From Octopus vulgaris (lineage: Eukaryota), in NCBI GenBank assembly GCA_951406725.2, contig OX597815.1, positions 105,772,001 through 105,836,000 on the forward strand: a stretch of 64,000 nt of DNA. The letters run 5' to 3'. The position numbers were made by a program, and so were the translations under genes. Shown in pieces: positions 14,461 to 27,189 of this stretch (positions are counted from its first letter, which is position 1; the number at the start of each line of letters is the position of its first letter). Below the pieces are notes generated by a model, which made no database searches, was not told the DNA's origin, and saw only the letters and a list, made by a program, of their open reading frames with translations.

Positions 14461-14630
14461 CTAGCAGTATCGCCCGGCGTTGCTCGGGTTTGTAAGGGAA
14501 ATAACTATATAAGCATTTTTAGAGAGTTATAGCCAAAAAAATAGCAAAAAAAAATGCATAAAAAATGGAAAAAAAATTTTGTATAACTCCCAAAGGGAGG
14601 CAGATAAAATCTGCCTTTTATTATCTCAGA
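14461..14630 (-). mobile_element. Short non-autonomous Helitron-like element
   Basis: The minus strand starts with TC and ends with CTAG. The GC-rich hairpin CCCGGCGTTGCTCGGG lies about 12 nt from the CTAG end. Confidence 0.55.
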
Positions 14631-15764
14631 TATATATAGACAGTACTATAATGTGAGTTACCCCTGTACCTTGCATATGGTCAACAACTATTTAAGGCTG
14701 AGGTATTTTCTGGCCATAAAGAAGAAACCAAGAGTGTGGTACAGTCTCAGTTATGTTATAGATGGTGATCACTTTGAAAGAACACCAGAGATTTATGAGG
14801 CCTAATACAATGACAGCTGTAAGATATAAGTTCATTCCTTGTCAACGCCATTAAGGTTATACAGTGCGGAAGTCAGAGTAAGTTTTATCCAGTTTGCTAT
14901 CCATTTTGATTGCAAACTAGATGAATCTTGATAGCATTTGCAGAGGAGGTAACTAAGAACAATTTTAGCTTTGTTAAGAGTGAACTTTTTTATTTTTTAT
15001 TTTTTTATTTTTTTTTTTTACTTTATCTGAATTGGTACAGTTAGTAAACTTGATGATGTATTGTTTGGTACTTCAACTTTGATAAATTGCAGTAAGAAAG
15101 CAAAAAAACAGAGTTTGAGGAATCTGATAGTGGTATTCTGTATAGGCAGAAATTGTTTAGGAGAAATTCATGACTTTAAATAAGTGTGTATTATGTGGGG
15201 AAGAGAAACAGCTGGTGTTTTAGGACTCACTGTTTGTCTAAGAGAGAAAAGTATCACTAGTTACTCCTCCTCACAGACTAATATGTCCAAATTCATGAAT
15301 TTTACCATGCATCTCAGTTGTGCTAAAGTCTTCTCATGTTTCTTTATTCCAGAGTTGATTGAATAAAAACCAGTCATACACTTTGTTGTGTCAGCAGAAT
15401 ATACTACTATACTTATACTACAGTAGTATAGCAGAATTGTACTGCCATACCACCAAGTAGTATTTGCTACTGAATAACATTAGTACACTGTTATACTACT
15501 GAGTTGTGTACAAGTACTGCTGTATTACTATGTAGTATACTAGTGTGTATGTGCCAATGAAGGCCATGCACAACTCGGGCTATCATAATAGTCTATAGCA
15601 AAAAATGAAACACTGAGGCTCTACCTGGTTGGAATGCCAATCTGTCACAAGGTTAAATCCTGATACTCTTGATACTCATTTTCATCTAAGTGGACTGGTG
15701 CGATGTGAAATTAAGTGGCTTGCTGAAAGACACAATGTGCAGCCTTCTTATTAATAACTGCATT

Positions 15765-16900
15765 GGGTTTTCCAAGTAAACTGACATCTAACTGTTCAAA
15801 GAAGACTTCAAAAGTAATTTATAGCAACTTCTCTCGAAGATGGACAAAATTTGGCATTGTTATGTTATCAAGTATCTGCAGAAAAAGGGTTTAGCCCCTA
15901 AGGACATTCATGCTGACATGCATGCTACATTAGGGGATGAAACTACATGCTTATCAACAGTGCAAAAGTGAGCAGCCAAAGGGAGAGTCTTCAAGCAACT
16001 GCTACCACCAAGGAAAACATTGATTGTGTCCACTACAAGGTGATGGATGGCAGGTGGTTGACTATAAATCAAATAACCAGTGCTATTGGCATATCCTGTG
16101 AGATAGTTGAGAATATTCTGCACAATGAACTTGGGATGATGAAGGTTTCTGCTTGGTGAGTGCCATGTCTTCTGACACCTGATCAAAAGTGCACCAGTCT
16201 GATTGCATCATGGGAAAATCTGACATTGTTTGAGACAGATCCAGTTGGTTTCCATGAATGTTTTCTAACCCAGAATGAGTGTTGGGATTGTCACTTTCAG
16301 CCAGAGACAATCCATGCAGTGGAAATACCCCTCCTCACCTGCTCCAAAGAAGGCTAAGGTTGTTTCATCTGCAGGGAAAATGGACTCAGTTTTGGGCTAT
16401 GCAAAAAGCATTGTGTTTATTGATTATCTTCAAAAGGTCCAGATTATCAATGAAGAGTACTATGTCAACTTGATGAAACAGTTACAAAAAGTTATCAAGA
16501 CCAAACCCTCAGGGATACTGAGGAAAGGGGCCTTGTTTCATCAAAGCAATGCTCCAACACACCTCTTTGGTCTCAGTAACTATTGTGCATGCATGTGGCT
16601 TTGAACTGGTTGATCACCCTCCCTATCCTGGTTCAGTCCCATTTGACTATCATCTGTTCCTCAACAGGAGAAAACATCTGGCTAGGAAGCAGTATCACAG
16701 TGATGATGATGCCATATTTGCTGTTGACTTTTTTGACCAACAGGATGAAAGCTTCTTCACTAATGGGATTCAAGCACTGCAACATGGATGGAAGAAGTGT
16801 GTGAACCACAATGGGGACTACATTGAAAAATAAATCTCATTTGATCACTTTCTATGAGGGTGTCTTGGTCAGTCTGTGAACTTTTCAGCTGACCCTCATA
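15765..16900 (+). mobile_element. Degenerate mariner (DD34D-type) transposon
   Basis: Frameshifted transposase from ATG 15840 to 16833: MDKIWHCYVIKYLQKKG.., VSAW*VP, FLTQNE, QSMQWK..PKKAK, FHQSNAP, HPPY..FDYHLF. A right TIR-like end ..CTTTTCAGCTGACCCTCA|TA is present; no left TIR was found. Confidence 0.9.
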
Positions 16901-17370
16901 GCATGTTGGTAGTATACTACTATATCCATTGCATATACTCCTTACCATTATACAGAATTGAAGGAGTTAGTGTTTAAACAAACTATTTCATTATTCCTAT
17001 ATTTAAATGGTGCTACTATGTTGGCATAGAAAGGGGATATTAACCTCTCATCAATTAGTTTCATTTTCTAATTGTTACTCTTTCATTATCTTCGTGATAA
17101 ACTATTACTTCCTCCCTTTTAAACTTAGCTTTTGGCATAAGTCCTCTGTCCAACACACCTCAGCCTTTGATCCACAGACCTGCGACTTTCTCTCTCTGCT
17201 TCTTTTAATACAGCTGTATGATTAACAAATTCACTTTGCAACTATTGCCCAAGTATTTCCACCCATCGCCATGTGAGTGAAATTTGGAAGATAGAAACTG
17301 TGTGAAAGCTCATCTTAAAAACCATCCTTGTTTTTGAGTTGTATACTTTTATCCATCTCTTGATTTAACC

Positions 17371-17647
17371 CAGCAGTTTGCAAACTTTTTCAGCTTGTCG
17401 CCCCCTTGGTTCTCAGGTTACATTCCTAGTGCCTCCACCCCACTTACCATCACAGACATGGACCATTTTCTGCAGCAAATTTAAAACAACAGTATTTCAC
17501 AAATAAACCTTAGCCTAATTAACCCTTTATTTTGTTTTTCTTTTACATCCATTGCCCCATGTTGGTCACCCCATTTTTTTCAACACCCCCTCTGAATCTT
17601 TCCACCACTCCCATGAGGTGCATAACTGCCCACTTTGGGAACCACTG
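17371..17647. mobile_element. hAT MITE, second copy
   Basis: Ends CAGCAGTTTGCAAAC / TTTGGGAACCACTG, TSD ATTTAACC / GTTTGACC, and internal similarity to 3511-3816. Confidence 0.8.
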
Positions 17648-18615
17648 GTTTGACCCATTATCTGACTCTTAGGTATCTTTAGTGGAGTTCATTCTGTTGC
17701 AAACATTTAAACCAGGTCACAAATCTACAGATAACTTCCTTCCTTCTGCCACCAGTTGTGTAGGCCATGGAATGGGTTATGGATGCTGCTTGCCCTCATT
17801 ACAAATACATAAAAATATTTTTAAAATGAGAAAAATTATCTCTGCTTCTCTGAAATAGTTGGATATATACTCTGTCTCCAACCAGGCCCACTTGTCATAC
17901 TCTTCACCTTCACTTGAAGACTCACCTTTAAACACCTGCCCAGTCTTACTCTTCAGAACTGCAACTATAACCATGCGGCTTTCCTCAAAATAGTGGCCTA
18001 CAGGTGTTGTAGCAAGGACAACCTGCAAAGCTCATGAACACTACTCTTCCTCCTCTGTTTTCTCTCCATAGATACTCTCCTATTGCCTTCCTTTAAAGTG
18101 TTTAAGTGCCATTCCTATATAACTATATTCTTTACTTCGATTTCTACTGAAATGACTGAATAAATAAGCTGTTAGGTGACTTTTTTCTGCAGTGATATTA
18201 AACATTATAAAAACAACAGGATATGGATGCATTTATGTGTGTGTGTGTGTGTTTGTGTGATTGTATACATTACCTCAAATTGTTGCTTAAATTTATTTGC
18301 CACCAGTCCAAATGACAAACAGTTTTTTTTTCTTTTTCCTTTCTTCCCTCTCAAACAAAGGGCAAAAGTGGCCCAAAACATTAATCTCTACATCTACACT
18401 CCTAGCGAAATGATTTATTGAATTCTCCTATTGATACTGATGTCCAATATGATTAACATTAAAATCTGACCAATTTAGTCATTCTTTCTACAAGCCCTTT
18501 TTCTACAAAAGTCTTTATATAATTTTCTCCTGTGAAATCTTGCCACCCCATAATTCTATCATCATGTAACTTTATTTTTAATTGACAAGTACCATTTTCT
18601 TAAATATTTCCATAG

Positions 18616-18704
18616 GAGCAAGTGTTGTCCCAGCTGAATTCTCAGAAGAGCACACTGGAATCGGAGTATCAACAAGAGAAGACAATGTTTGAGAAACAAC
18701 AAGT
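18616..18704 (+). CDS. CCDC171: Internal exon of coiled-coil protein (CCDC171-like): EQVLSQLNSQKSTLESEYQQEKTMFEKQQ
   Basis: TTTCCATAG acceptor and GTAAGT donor. Open frame with coiled-coil composition; ends in phase 2, matching the next exon. Confidence 0.7.
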
Positions 18705-18905
18705 GTAAGTTATTGAATTTTTTTCTTCATACATGAGAATGAGGTAGGGAGGATATATTAAATGTTGGAAAAGCACTGGACTTTGTGATGCCAAGATATC
18801 CATTCGAGTCATTGAGAATGTATTTTTCCTTTTGGTGGGTTTCTCTCCTTAGCTGCACTTCTGAAATCTGTATTCACAATGTTTTATTCTGATTAGTTGC
18901 GCGCG

Positions 18906-19073
<168 letters not shown>

Positions 19074-19512
19074 GAGGAAAATTCAAATTTGCTTTGCTTA
19101 TGACTAATGTCTAAGTGGTTCCCACATAATATTTCATATCTGGTATATTTATTCCATACTACTGGAAATTTTAATAAACAAATTAAATTTTAATTCTAAA
19201 AAGTTATAAATAGTTTACAGCATAAAATTCCATTCTTCAAGTAAGTAAAAGTTGTAACTTTTAGAGGACACTCCCCAGTGATTACAGGGGAAATGAGGTT
19301 CCCAAAACTTGTTTTGATCCCAAGAAGCTATGTCAAAATATAAATTATAGACCTTACACATTTCAGTAGATGCTGCCACAGTACTTTTACACTTGATAAA
19401 TTGGCTGCACACATACCAAAATGCATCTACCAGATATTTATAACCTGTTGATGCTATCTCTGATAAATGCAGATGGGCCTATCCACTTAGATAGCTAGAA
19501 CTAAGCAGAACA

Positions 19513-19741
19513 GGCAGCGAACTAGCAAAAACATTAGCACGCTGGGTGAAATGCTTAGCGGTATTTTGTCTGTCTTTACATTCTGAGTTCAAATTCTGCC
19601 GGGGTCGACTTTGTCTTTCATCCTTTCAGGGTTGATAAATTAAGTACCAGTTACGCACTAGGGTTGATGTAATCGACTTAATCCCGTTGTCTGTCCTTGT
19701 TTGTCCCCTCTATGTTTAACCCCTTGTGGGCAATAAAGAAA
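19513..19741 (+). mobile_element. SINE-like repeat, family B, near full length
   Basis: Same head, B-box-like motif and TTTCATCCTTTC..GATAAATTAAGTACCAG core as 2235-2430. Confidence 0.8.
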
Positions 19742-20076
19742 TATGGATTGGCAAGACTCAGGTCTCTGTTTATATAGCTAATTAACTAATTATATTACAG
19801 GAAAGTTCCAGAAAATTCTAGAATGTTCTTTAAAATTCTCAATCAGCTTCAACAATGAAGTTTTTCAGAAAAATAGGTAATTTCAAAATAGGTAATTTCA
19901 AAAATAGGTAATTTCAAAATATCATTACCCAAGGTAACAGACACACAATTTGAAGAGAATAATAGCCATTTTCTATAAATTTAGATAATGCAATAAATAG
20001 ATAAATAAATGAATAATATTTATTACCTAGGAACAAAAAAGAAGTAAACATAGTATTATTTTTATTATCATTTCAG

Positions 20077-20108
20077 ATCACTTACAGAAATGGTCAAGAA
20101 ATATGAAG
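20077..20108 (+). CDS. CCDC171: 32-nt microexon of CCDC171-like gene: (V)SLTEMVKKYE
   Basis: TTTCAG acceptor and GTAAGT donor. Phase 2 in and phase 1 out, which exactly bridges exons 18616-18704 and 38960-39054. Confidence 0.7.
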
Positions 20109-20522
20109 GTAAGTTACACAGCTACATGTATATCTATGTATGTCTTTAATAGATATTGGGCAGTTTCTTTGACTAAAACTGAAATAGTTCAGGAATTACT
20201 AGTGTGTCCCTTATGCAATGAATATATGCAGGTTTGTAAATCATTAACCCACTTTGATCACAGTAAACTAGTTGGAGCCAGCAATAGACTAAATATATAG
20301 AGAATGCATACCATCTCCAGAAAGATTTTTAGTTTATACTTGAATTAGTTCCTTATTTTTGATACTGCATCCTATGTCAGTGGTTAAATATCTCAGATTA
20401 AACTGTACTGCTTAAATTCATGTGCATTTAATATATATATATAGATAGATAGATAAAAATGGTAAGATAACAAAAGAAAGGAAGAGAACTCGATATTATG
20501 TAAATAGAGGAAGTTATCTGTA

Positions 20523-21165
20523 AATGTAATATGTGACAATTATTCGGTAGCCAAGATAAAACACTGAGTTTCAGATGCCAACGTGGAAATTTTTTCATAG
20601 CATTTTTCCAATGGCCGGATAACTGAAGAGATGGCAGCATGAATTTCCACCTCGGCATCCGAAACTCGGAGTTTTATCTTGGCTACCAAATAATTGTCAC
20701 ATATTACATTAACCCACACCCCACCCGTGCTTTCCCCACTCTCAACTCCCTCACCTCCCAACAACATCACAACACACCACCCACACACCCATCCCCACAT
20801 TTTCACACCTACACATACATACACGCACATGTCCAGACCACCAGCCCTCTTTCACACGCACATACATACTCTTTTATACACACACACACCTTCGTGTTGG
20901 GGGTCATCTTCACTTTGTTATCTCCCCTACTTTCCTTCTTGTGTGTGACCCTTCTGTCTGGCACTAGTCGCCATGATTGATCGTTAGCCACTACACACAT
21001 TTTTTTCTCTCTTTATTTCTCTCCTTGTTTTTTCTGTGTCCCTTTCTGTAGAAAAGCGTAGGCTCGAAACATAAAACACTTTTTCTATTCCTGAGCATTA
21101 TACTAATACATCTGTTTGTTTTGTACACCACCTGTCTTCGTCTTTTGTTTTTTTCATAAACTCTC

Positions 21166-21168
<3 letters not shown>
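20523..21168 (+). mobile_element. Penelope-pLTR-like non-coding element with 5' inverted duplication and two hammerhead-like motifs
   Basis: Inverted arms at 20523-20591 and 20642-20710. The 3' part is repeated at 26736-26918(-), ~30030-30170 and ~56270-56510, and this copy ends at (TA)n. Confidence 0.6.
20618..20678 (+). ncRNA. Minimal type I hammerhead ribozyme motif
   Basis: Stem I GATAA/TTATC, core CTGAAGA, stem II GATG..CATC with one extra C, then GAAA, stem III CTC-G-GAG and a GUU cleavage triplet (predicted cut after 20673). Confidence 0.7.
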
Positions 21169-21215
<47 letters not shown>

Positions 21216-21219
<4 letters not shown>

Positions 21220-21558
21220 GGTAAAGACCCCCTTCGGTCATGAATGACCATGGGATTGCACCTAGAAAGTTACCCTCCTAGACACAAGTCCAGGCAAGGT
21301 TTTTTATGGAAGACCAGCAGTCGGCCATGCATACCAGCCTCCCCTCTCCACGCCACCAGTGTTATCCAAGGGAAAGACAAAGGTCGATACAGCTTGGCAC
21401 CAGTGACATCGCAACTCATTTCTACAGCTGAGTGAACTGGAGCAACGTGAAATAAAGTGCCTTGCTCAAGAACACAACACACAGCCCGGTCCGGGATTCA
21501 AGTTCACAACCTCACGATCATAAGCTCGACGCTCTAACCACTGAGCCATGCACCTTCA

Positions 21559-21559
<1 letters not shown>
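21216..21559 (-). mobile_element. tRNA-derived CORE-like SINE inserted in (TA)n
   Basis: Minus strand has A box TGGCTCAGTGG and TGTGTTCTTGAGCAAGGCACTTTATTTCACGTTG shared with the 10429 SINE, but a different 3' half. (TA)n lies on both sides. Confidence 0.85.
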
Positions 21560-21609
<50 letters not shown>

Positions 21610-21769
21610 TTAAAATGTTTCAACTTCAAAGCTGCGGTCATGTTGGGGCACCTCCATTGACTGGGCTACACCACTATTTGAAACCTCCTCCGATATGTAG
21701 TATTTGGTCAATGAGTCAGTTTGATGCCGCTGCCCTCATCTGTGTTTCCTGCTGTGAGGTAGGCTCGTC

Positions 21770-22579
21770 TTGAACCCTTGACAGGTGGAGATCCAGTTTT
21801 GTTTTAAAGACACATCCACACCATGCAGGTCTCTCAGGCATTTTGGAAAGATATTGAAGAGCTATGGGCCCTTGAAACCTAAGTTGTTGCAGTATTTGGT
21901 CCTGTAGTTTGATGGTGATGCTGGGATCTTTGCACTATGCAGCGGTGCCCCATTCTGCTGTTTGAGTAACTTTCAGTGCCAAAGTTTAGTACAAGGCCCT
22001 CCAAATTTTTCCAGATGTATATCACTGCATATCTTTCCTGCCTTCATTCTAAAAAGAAGAGTTTTAATTTTTTCATTTTCTTCCTGATATGTTGCATTGA
22101 CACAATTTTCTTAGTGTAGCTTTATTGGATTGCTTCAAGTTCTGCCATAGATTTTATATTGTGTGGTGACCATAGTTGGAAGCAGTAGTCCAAGCAGCTG
22201 AGGATGTATCTCCTCCAAAGGATCATCAGTGTCTCCTTTTCTCTTAATTTGAAAGTCCAGAGGATCCATTAATAGCTGTCTGCATTTTATTACCAAATTG
22301 GTAATATGCACTTGAAAAGATGCATTATTGTTCATCTCAATGTCCATGTCATGCATTGATTTTGATTCAGGAATTGCACTTCTTCCCAGGCCAGTGTATC
22401 CTGTCTGCATGTTGTTTAGCTTTGTGTGCTGATAGCGCAGAGCCTGGAATTTTCCTGCATTAAACTGCATGTTGTTGTCCTCAGCCCACCAGTATATTGC
22501 ATCCAACTCCTGTTGAAGATACGCAATATTTCCAGGATTTTGTATTGTCTGAGAGTCTTTTGTGTCATCTGCATAGCTA
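21770..22579 (-). mobile_element. CR1-like LINE 3' fragment
   Basis: SYADDTK followed by ..DAIYWWAEDNNMQFNAGKFQ, and frameshifted LDYCFQLWSP and ER..RYAVIYIWKILEGLV segments. Confidence 0.8.
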
Positions 22580-22580
22580 G

Positions 22581-22897
22581 CAAGGGTGGTATCAAAGTGG
22601 TATCAAAGTGGTATCAAAGTGGTATCAAAAAGTCCCCAGACTAGTTCTGTAGTGTGCCAACAGATGGCAGCACATGGTTGCATGTGTAGTGAGAGCTGGC
22701 AGTTTGCCAAGTGATATTACTGTGTTTACTTCACAAATTATGAAGTTTGTGTTTTTGTGATCATATGTATGCTGTAGTTTGTGATTTGTCATGGACAGGA
22801 AGTTGGAACAAAGAGCCAACATGAAATTTTGCATTAAACTTGGAGAGCCTGCTACAGAGACATTGAGCATACTTTGGCAAGCTTACAGCGACAAGGA
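22581..22897 (+). mobile_element. Mariner 5' fragment with 4x GTGGTATCAAA amplification in the TIR region
   Basis: MDRKLEQRANMKFCIKLGEPATETLSILWQAYSDK is a mariner N-terminal HTH. The 11-bp tandem repeat spans 22586-22629. Confidence 0.8.
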
Positions 22898-23238
22898 GTC
22901 ATACACAATGTACGTGTGTGTTGTGTGTGTGTGTGTGTGTGTGTGCATGCGTGTGTATTTGGAATGGTTTCAGGCACATGCTTGGCTATGGGTTCTGTGG
23001 TTAATAAACATATGGTCTTTCGTTCAGTCCAACAGCATGGATGCCTTTTGTTAAGCTGATAAAGAAAGACTGGTATCCCAGTTTGTGTCATTCCTTGTAC
23101 TGTGCATTTTACCTGTTGTCTATGTTTCAATTTTCTTTTATTTGACCATAAATACTACACTGATATTTTGCCCACATTAATATATTTTTTTATCTTACCT
23201 ATCAGCAGCTGCCTTCTTCACTCCTTTTATGTTTCTTT

Positions 23239-23270
<32 letters not shown>

Positions 23271-23916
23271 CCACAAGGCTCTCTAATATCCAATAGTCTT
23301 ATATTTTTCTCTTATATGGACAATCATTCTTGGTTTAATCTTTTTACCCCAATTGAAAGAGTTTTATTGTTTAATATTCTTTTGTCTCTTCATCTTGTGT
23401 TCTGTTGACCTTAGCCATATAAGCTAATACTTTTTTTGCCCTTTTTTGTTAGGCCAACAGTTTTAAATATTTGTTATATTTAATTTTTCATAAATCTTCA
23501 TATATATGTTGTTGTCCCGTCTTGTCCTTTGCTTTTGTAGTGTCCTCTCTCCAACATACTATTTGCTGGTAGTATTTATTATAAATTTGCTAGCACTGTG
23601 AAGTAAGCAGTCCTGCTGATGATGTGCCAAAATTGCTTATCCATGTTTCTATCTTTTCTTGTTCTATGCATTTTACTTGTCTGTGCTTTGCTTTTCAACT
23701 TTAAATTTGTATGTATGTATGTGTGCTTGAAAGGTGTTATCTTCACTTCCTCACGTAAGATTGTCTGAGCAGAAATTGCTGTTGTAGACTTTACATTCTT
23801 GGTGAGCACCATTTCCTAGATATCTGATCATAAAATAGTGCCTCAAATGCATAACCATCCAACTCATGCTAACATAGGAAAAGAGATACAAAGTAAAACG
23901 TATACACATATATATA

Positions 23917-24315
23917 GGCACAGGCATGGCTGTGTAGTCGGAAGTTTTCTTCCTATACACATGGTTGTGGTTTCAGTCCCACTGCACAGTACTTTGGGTG
24001 AGTTTCATCTGTTATAGCCCCAGGCCAACCAAAGCCTTGTGAGTGCATTTGGTAGAAGGAAACTAAAAGATATCTATTGTATATATATATGTATGTGTTT
24101 GTGTCTCTTTGTCTTGGCATTATGTGATAGTTTTAAAATGATTGTCACTGTTACACAAGCAGCACATTTCATTTCCAATATTCTGCAAGAACATCTCTGG
24201 CCATGAAGAAATATTACCTTGCATGGAAATAGGTAGGGGTTGGCATCAGGAAGAGTATCCAGCTGTAGAAGATCTGCTTCAAATAAAGTGAGCTTTAAAT
24301 GAAGATGTTGATGAT
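23917..24315 (+). mobile_element. tRNA-derived SINE (family C) with RTE-like tail
   Basis: Head GGCACAGGCATGGCTGTGTAG..GTTTCAGTCCCACTG and tail GGTTGGCATCAGGAAGAGTATCCAGCTGTAGAA, the latter shared with the RTE 3' UTR. Related minus-strand copies at ~29430-29601 and ~49040-49397. Confidence 0.7.
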
Positions 24316-24319
24316 ATAT

Positions 24320-25275
24320 CATCATCATCATCATCGTTTAACATCCGTTTTCCATGCTAGCATGGGTTGGGCAGTTCAACCGGGGTCTGGGAAGCCAGGC
24401 GGCTGCACCAGGCTCCAGTCTGATCTGGCAGTGTTTCTACAGTTGGATGTCCTTCCTAATGCCAACCACTCCATGAGTGTAGTGGGTGCTTTTTACATGC
24501 CACCAGCACAGGGGCCAGAGGAGGCTACAACAGCCATGATCAGTTGGTGCCTTTTACATGCCACGGGCATGGAACCCAGTCAAGACAGTGCCGGCATCAG
24601 TCATGTTCGAATGGTGCTTTTTACGTGCCACTGGCACGGGCATCACAACTACAATTTCCATTTGATTTTGATTTTGATGTTGATGTATTTGACTCAATAG
24701 GTCTCCTCAAGCACAGCAAGTTGCCCTACAATCCAAGGTAAGCACAGCAGGTCATCCTATGATCCAAGGTACTTTTGAATGGGCTGGGGCTGGTTATGCA
24801 AAACTGGTGTAGGATACAGCTGTGAACTCACTTTATTTGTCGGGTCTTCACAGTCACAGTATATCTCCAGAGGTCTTGGTCTTTCATCATTGCCTATGAG
24901 AGGCCCAACATTCAAAGGTAATGCTTGACCACCTCATCCCATGTCTTCCTGAGTCTGCCTCTACTCTGGATTCCTTCAACTATTTGAGAGTGGCACTTCT
25001 TTACACATCTCTCCTCATCCATCCGTAGTACATGACCATACCAGTGCAAACATCTCTCTTGCACACCACATCCGATGCTTCTTATGTCCAACATTTCACT
25101 CAGGGCGCTTACACTCTGTCGTGTGCACACTGACATTACACATCCAGTGGATCATACTAGCTTCATTTGTTTCAAGCCTACGCATGTCCTCTGCAGTCAC
25201 AGCCCATGTTTCACTGCCATGAAGCATGGCAGTTCGCACACATGCATCGTACAATCTACTGATTGCACACATGCA
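24320..25275 (-). mobile_element. RTE LINE 3' fragment with complete 3' UTR and (GAT)n tail
   Basis: ERCLHWYGHVLRMDEERCVKKC..GRLRKTWDEVVKH, followed by UTR repeat units and the terminal CATGCTAGCATGGAAAACGGATGTTAAACGATGATG. Confidence 0.9.
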
Positions 25276-25282
25276 TCATACA

Positions 25283-25315
<33 letters not shown>

Positions 25316-25344
25316 TGCTGAAGATATATGTATGCTGAAATGGA

Positions 25345-26012
25345 CTGGCCTGCAAGAGCCCTGTGCCAGTGGCACATAACAAGCACCTGTGCTGGCCCCA
25401 TGTAATAGTGCTTGAGAAAACCTAGTAAGCCAAGTGAGACCATAACCCATGGCCTATGCCAGTGGTGTAACCAGCCCACTTAGGCATACCTTTCTTTCAT
25501 TGGACACTAAACTCTGCTTGTAAAGACCTGTTGAGGCAAGTGAAATCGAAATCAATTTCGATGACAGCACCGCATGACTAGCATCCGTGCCAGTGGAGCA
25601 CTAAGAGCACCATCCGAGCATGATTGTTGCCAGGGCCGCCGACTCGACCCTGTGCCGGTGGCATGTAAAAAGCACCATTTGAGCGTGATCATTACCAGCG
25701 TCGCCTTACTAGCACTTGTGCCAGTGGTACGTGAAAAACAACATTCAAGCGAGGGCGTTGCCAATGCCGTTGGACTCTCTCCTGTGCAGGTGAGAGATGA
25801 AAACACCATCTGAGCGTGGCCGTTGCCACTACCACCTGACTGGCCCTCTACACCCATTACACTCTCGAAGTGGTTGGCGTTAGGAAAGGCATCCAGCTGT
25901 AGAAACTCAGCCAGATCAGATTGGAGCCTGGTGCAGCCATCAGGCTCACCAGTCTCCAGTCAAGCTGTCCAACTCATGCCAGCATGGAAAGCAGACGTTA
26001 AACGATGAGGAT
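25345..26012 (+). mobile_element. RTE 3' UTR copy with tandem GTGCCGGTGGCAC units
   Basis: Colinear with 60340-60790 and continues to the terminal hairpin and GAT tail. Confidence 0.85.
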
Positions 26013-26021
26013 AATGAGGAT

Positions 26022-26700
26022 CCTCATCACATGACCAAACCAGCACAGTCTTTTCTCTTGTGCACAACATCTGATTACTCTTATGCTCAATTTTTTTCTC
26101 AACATTTTTACACTTTGTCATACATGCACACCAGCATTGCACATCCTATGCCAACTTCATTTATGTCAAGTTTTCACATGTCCCTATTCCACTTCCATGT
26201 TCTTACACAAGCATTGTACAATTTGCCTTTCACTCTGAAGAAGAGGCCCTTTGTTTGTAACAAAGGTAATAGTTCTCTGAACTTTTCCCTGTCAGTTCTT
26301 ATTCTGCTAACAATTATACTTTCAGAGCATCCTCCTCCACTGCTAATTAGCTCACATAAGTAACAGAAACTATCTACTACTTCTAAGGCTCCTCCTGTGC
26401 ATTTGAGAGAGTCTATTTCTTGTGTGTTCTTATTGTTTATTGTTCTTCCATATCCGCCATGCAAAGACTACTTCCTCTCTTAACCTTCTTGTGATTTCAC
26501 TTCACATCTTATGTGTCCATAGCTAGCACTGGGTACATTGTAACATTGTATGGAATTTGTACCTACACCATTTCAATATTTTGAGCAAGACTGTTTCCCT
26601 GCTTTCCTGCTAACTAAGACTTTGGCCTTTCTTAAGTTAACTCTAAGACCCTTTGATCCCAAGCCATGCTTTCACATCTGAAATTTCTTCTCTAATTTTA
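26022..26700 (-). mobile_element. Degenerate RTE LINE fragment (zinc finger and thumb region)
   Basis: EVVDSFCYLCELISSGGGCSESI..EKFRELLPLL..RVKGKLYNACV. Confidence 0.85.
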
Positions 26701-27144
26701 CTAAGATAATATATATATATATATATATATATATAGGGAGAGTTTACGAAAAAAACAAAAGACGATGACAGGTGGTGTACAAAACATACAGATGTATTAG
26801 TATAACGCTCAGGAATAGAAAAAGTCTTTTACATTTCGGGCCTACGCTCTTCTACAGAAAGGGACACAGAAAAAACAAGGAGAGAAAAAAATGTGTGTAG
26901 TGGCTAACGATCTATCATATATATATATATATAGAGGGAGATAGGGGGGAGAGAGAGAGCAATAAGAAAATGGAAGGGATCAAGAGGTGGTATTCATCAA
27001 CTTTTAGACATTATATTATGTCAATTTATTTTTTATTTACTAAAAGGACAATTATAACAATATACATACATGTATAACATATGCTTTACATATATAATAT
27101 ATAAAATATAAAAATATCAGTAATTATTAAGATATATAACATAG

Positions 27145-27182
<38 letters not shown>

Positions 27183-27189
<7 letters not shown>

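Noticed and set aside
19871-19920. 3x AAAATAGGTAATTTC tandem upstream of the microexon as a splicing regulator
   Set aside because: It cannot be distinguished from ordinary slippage without conservation data.
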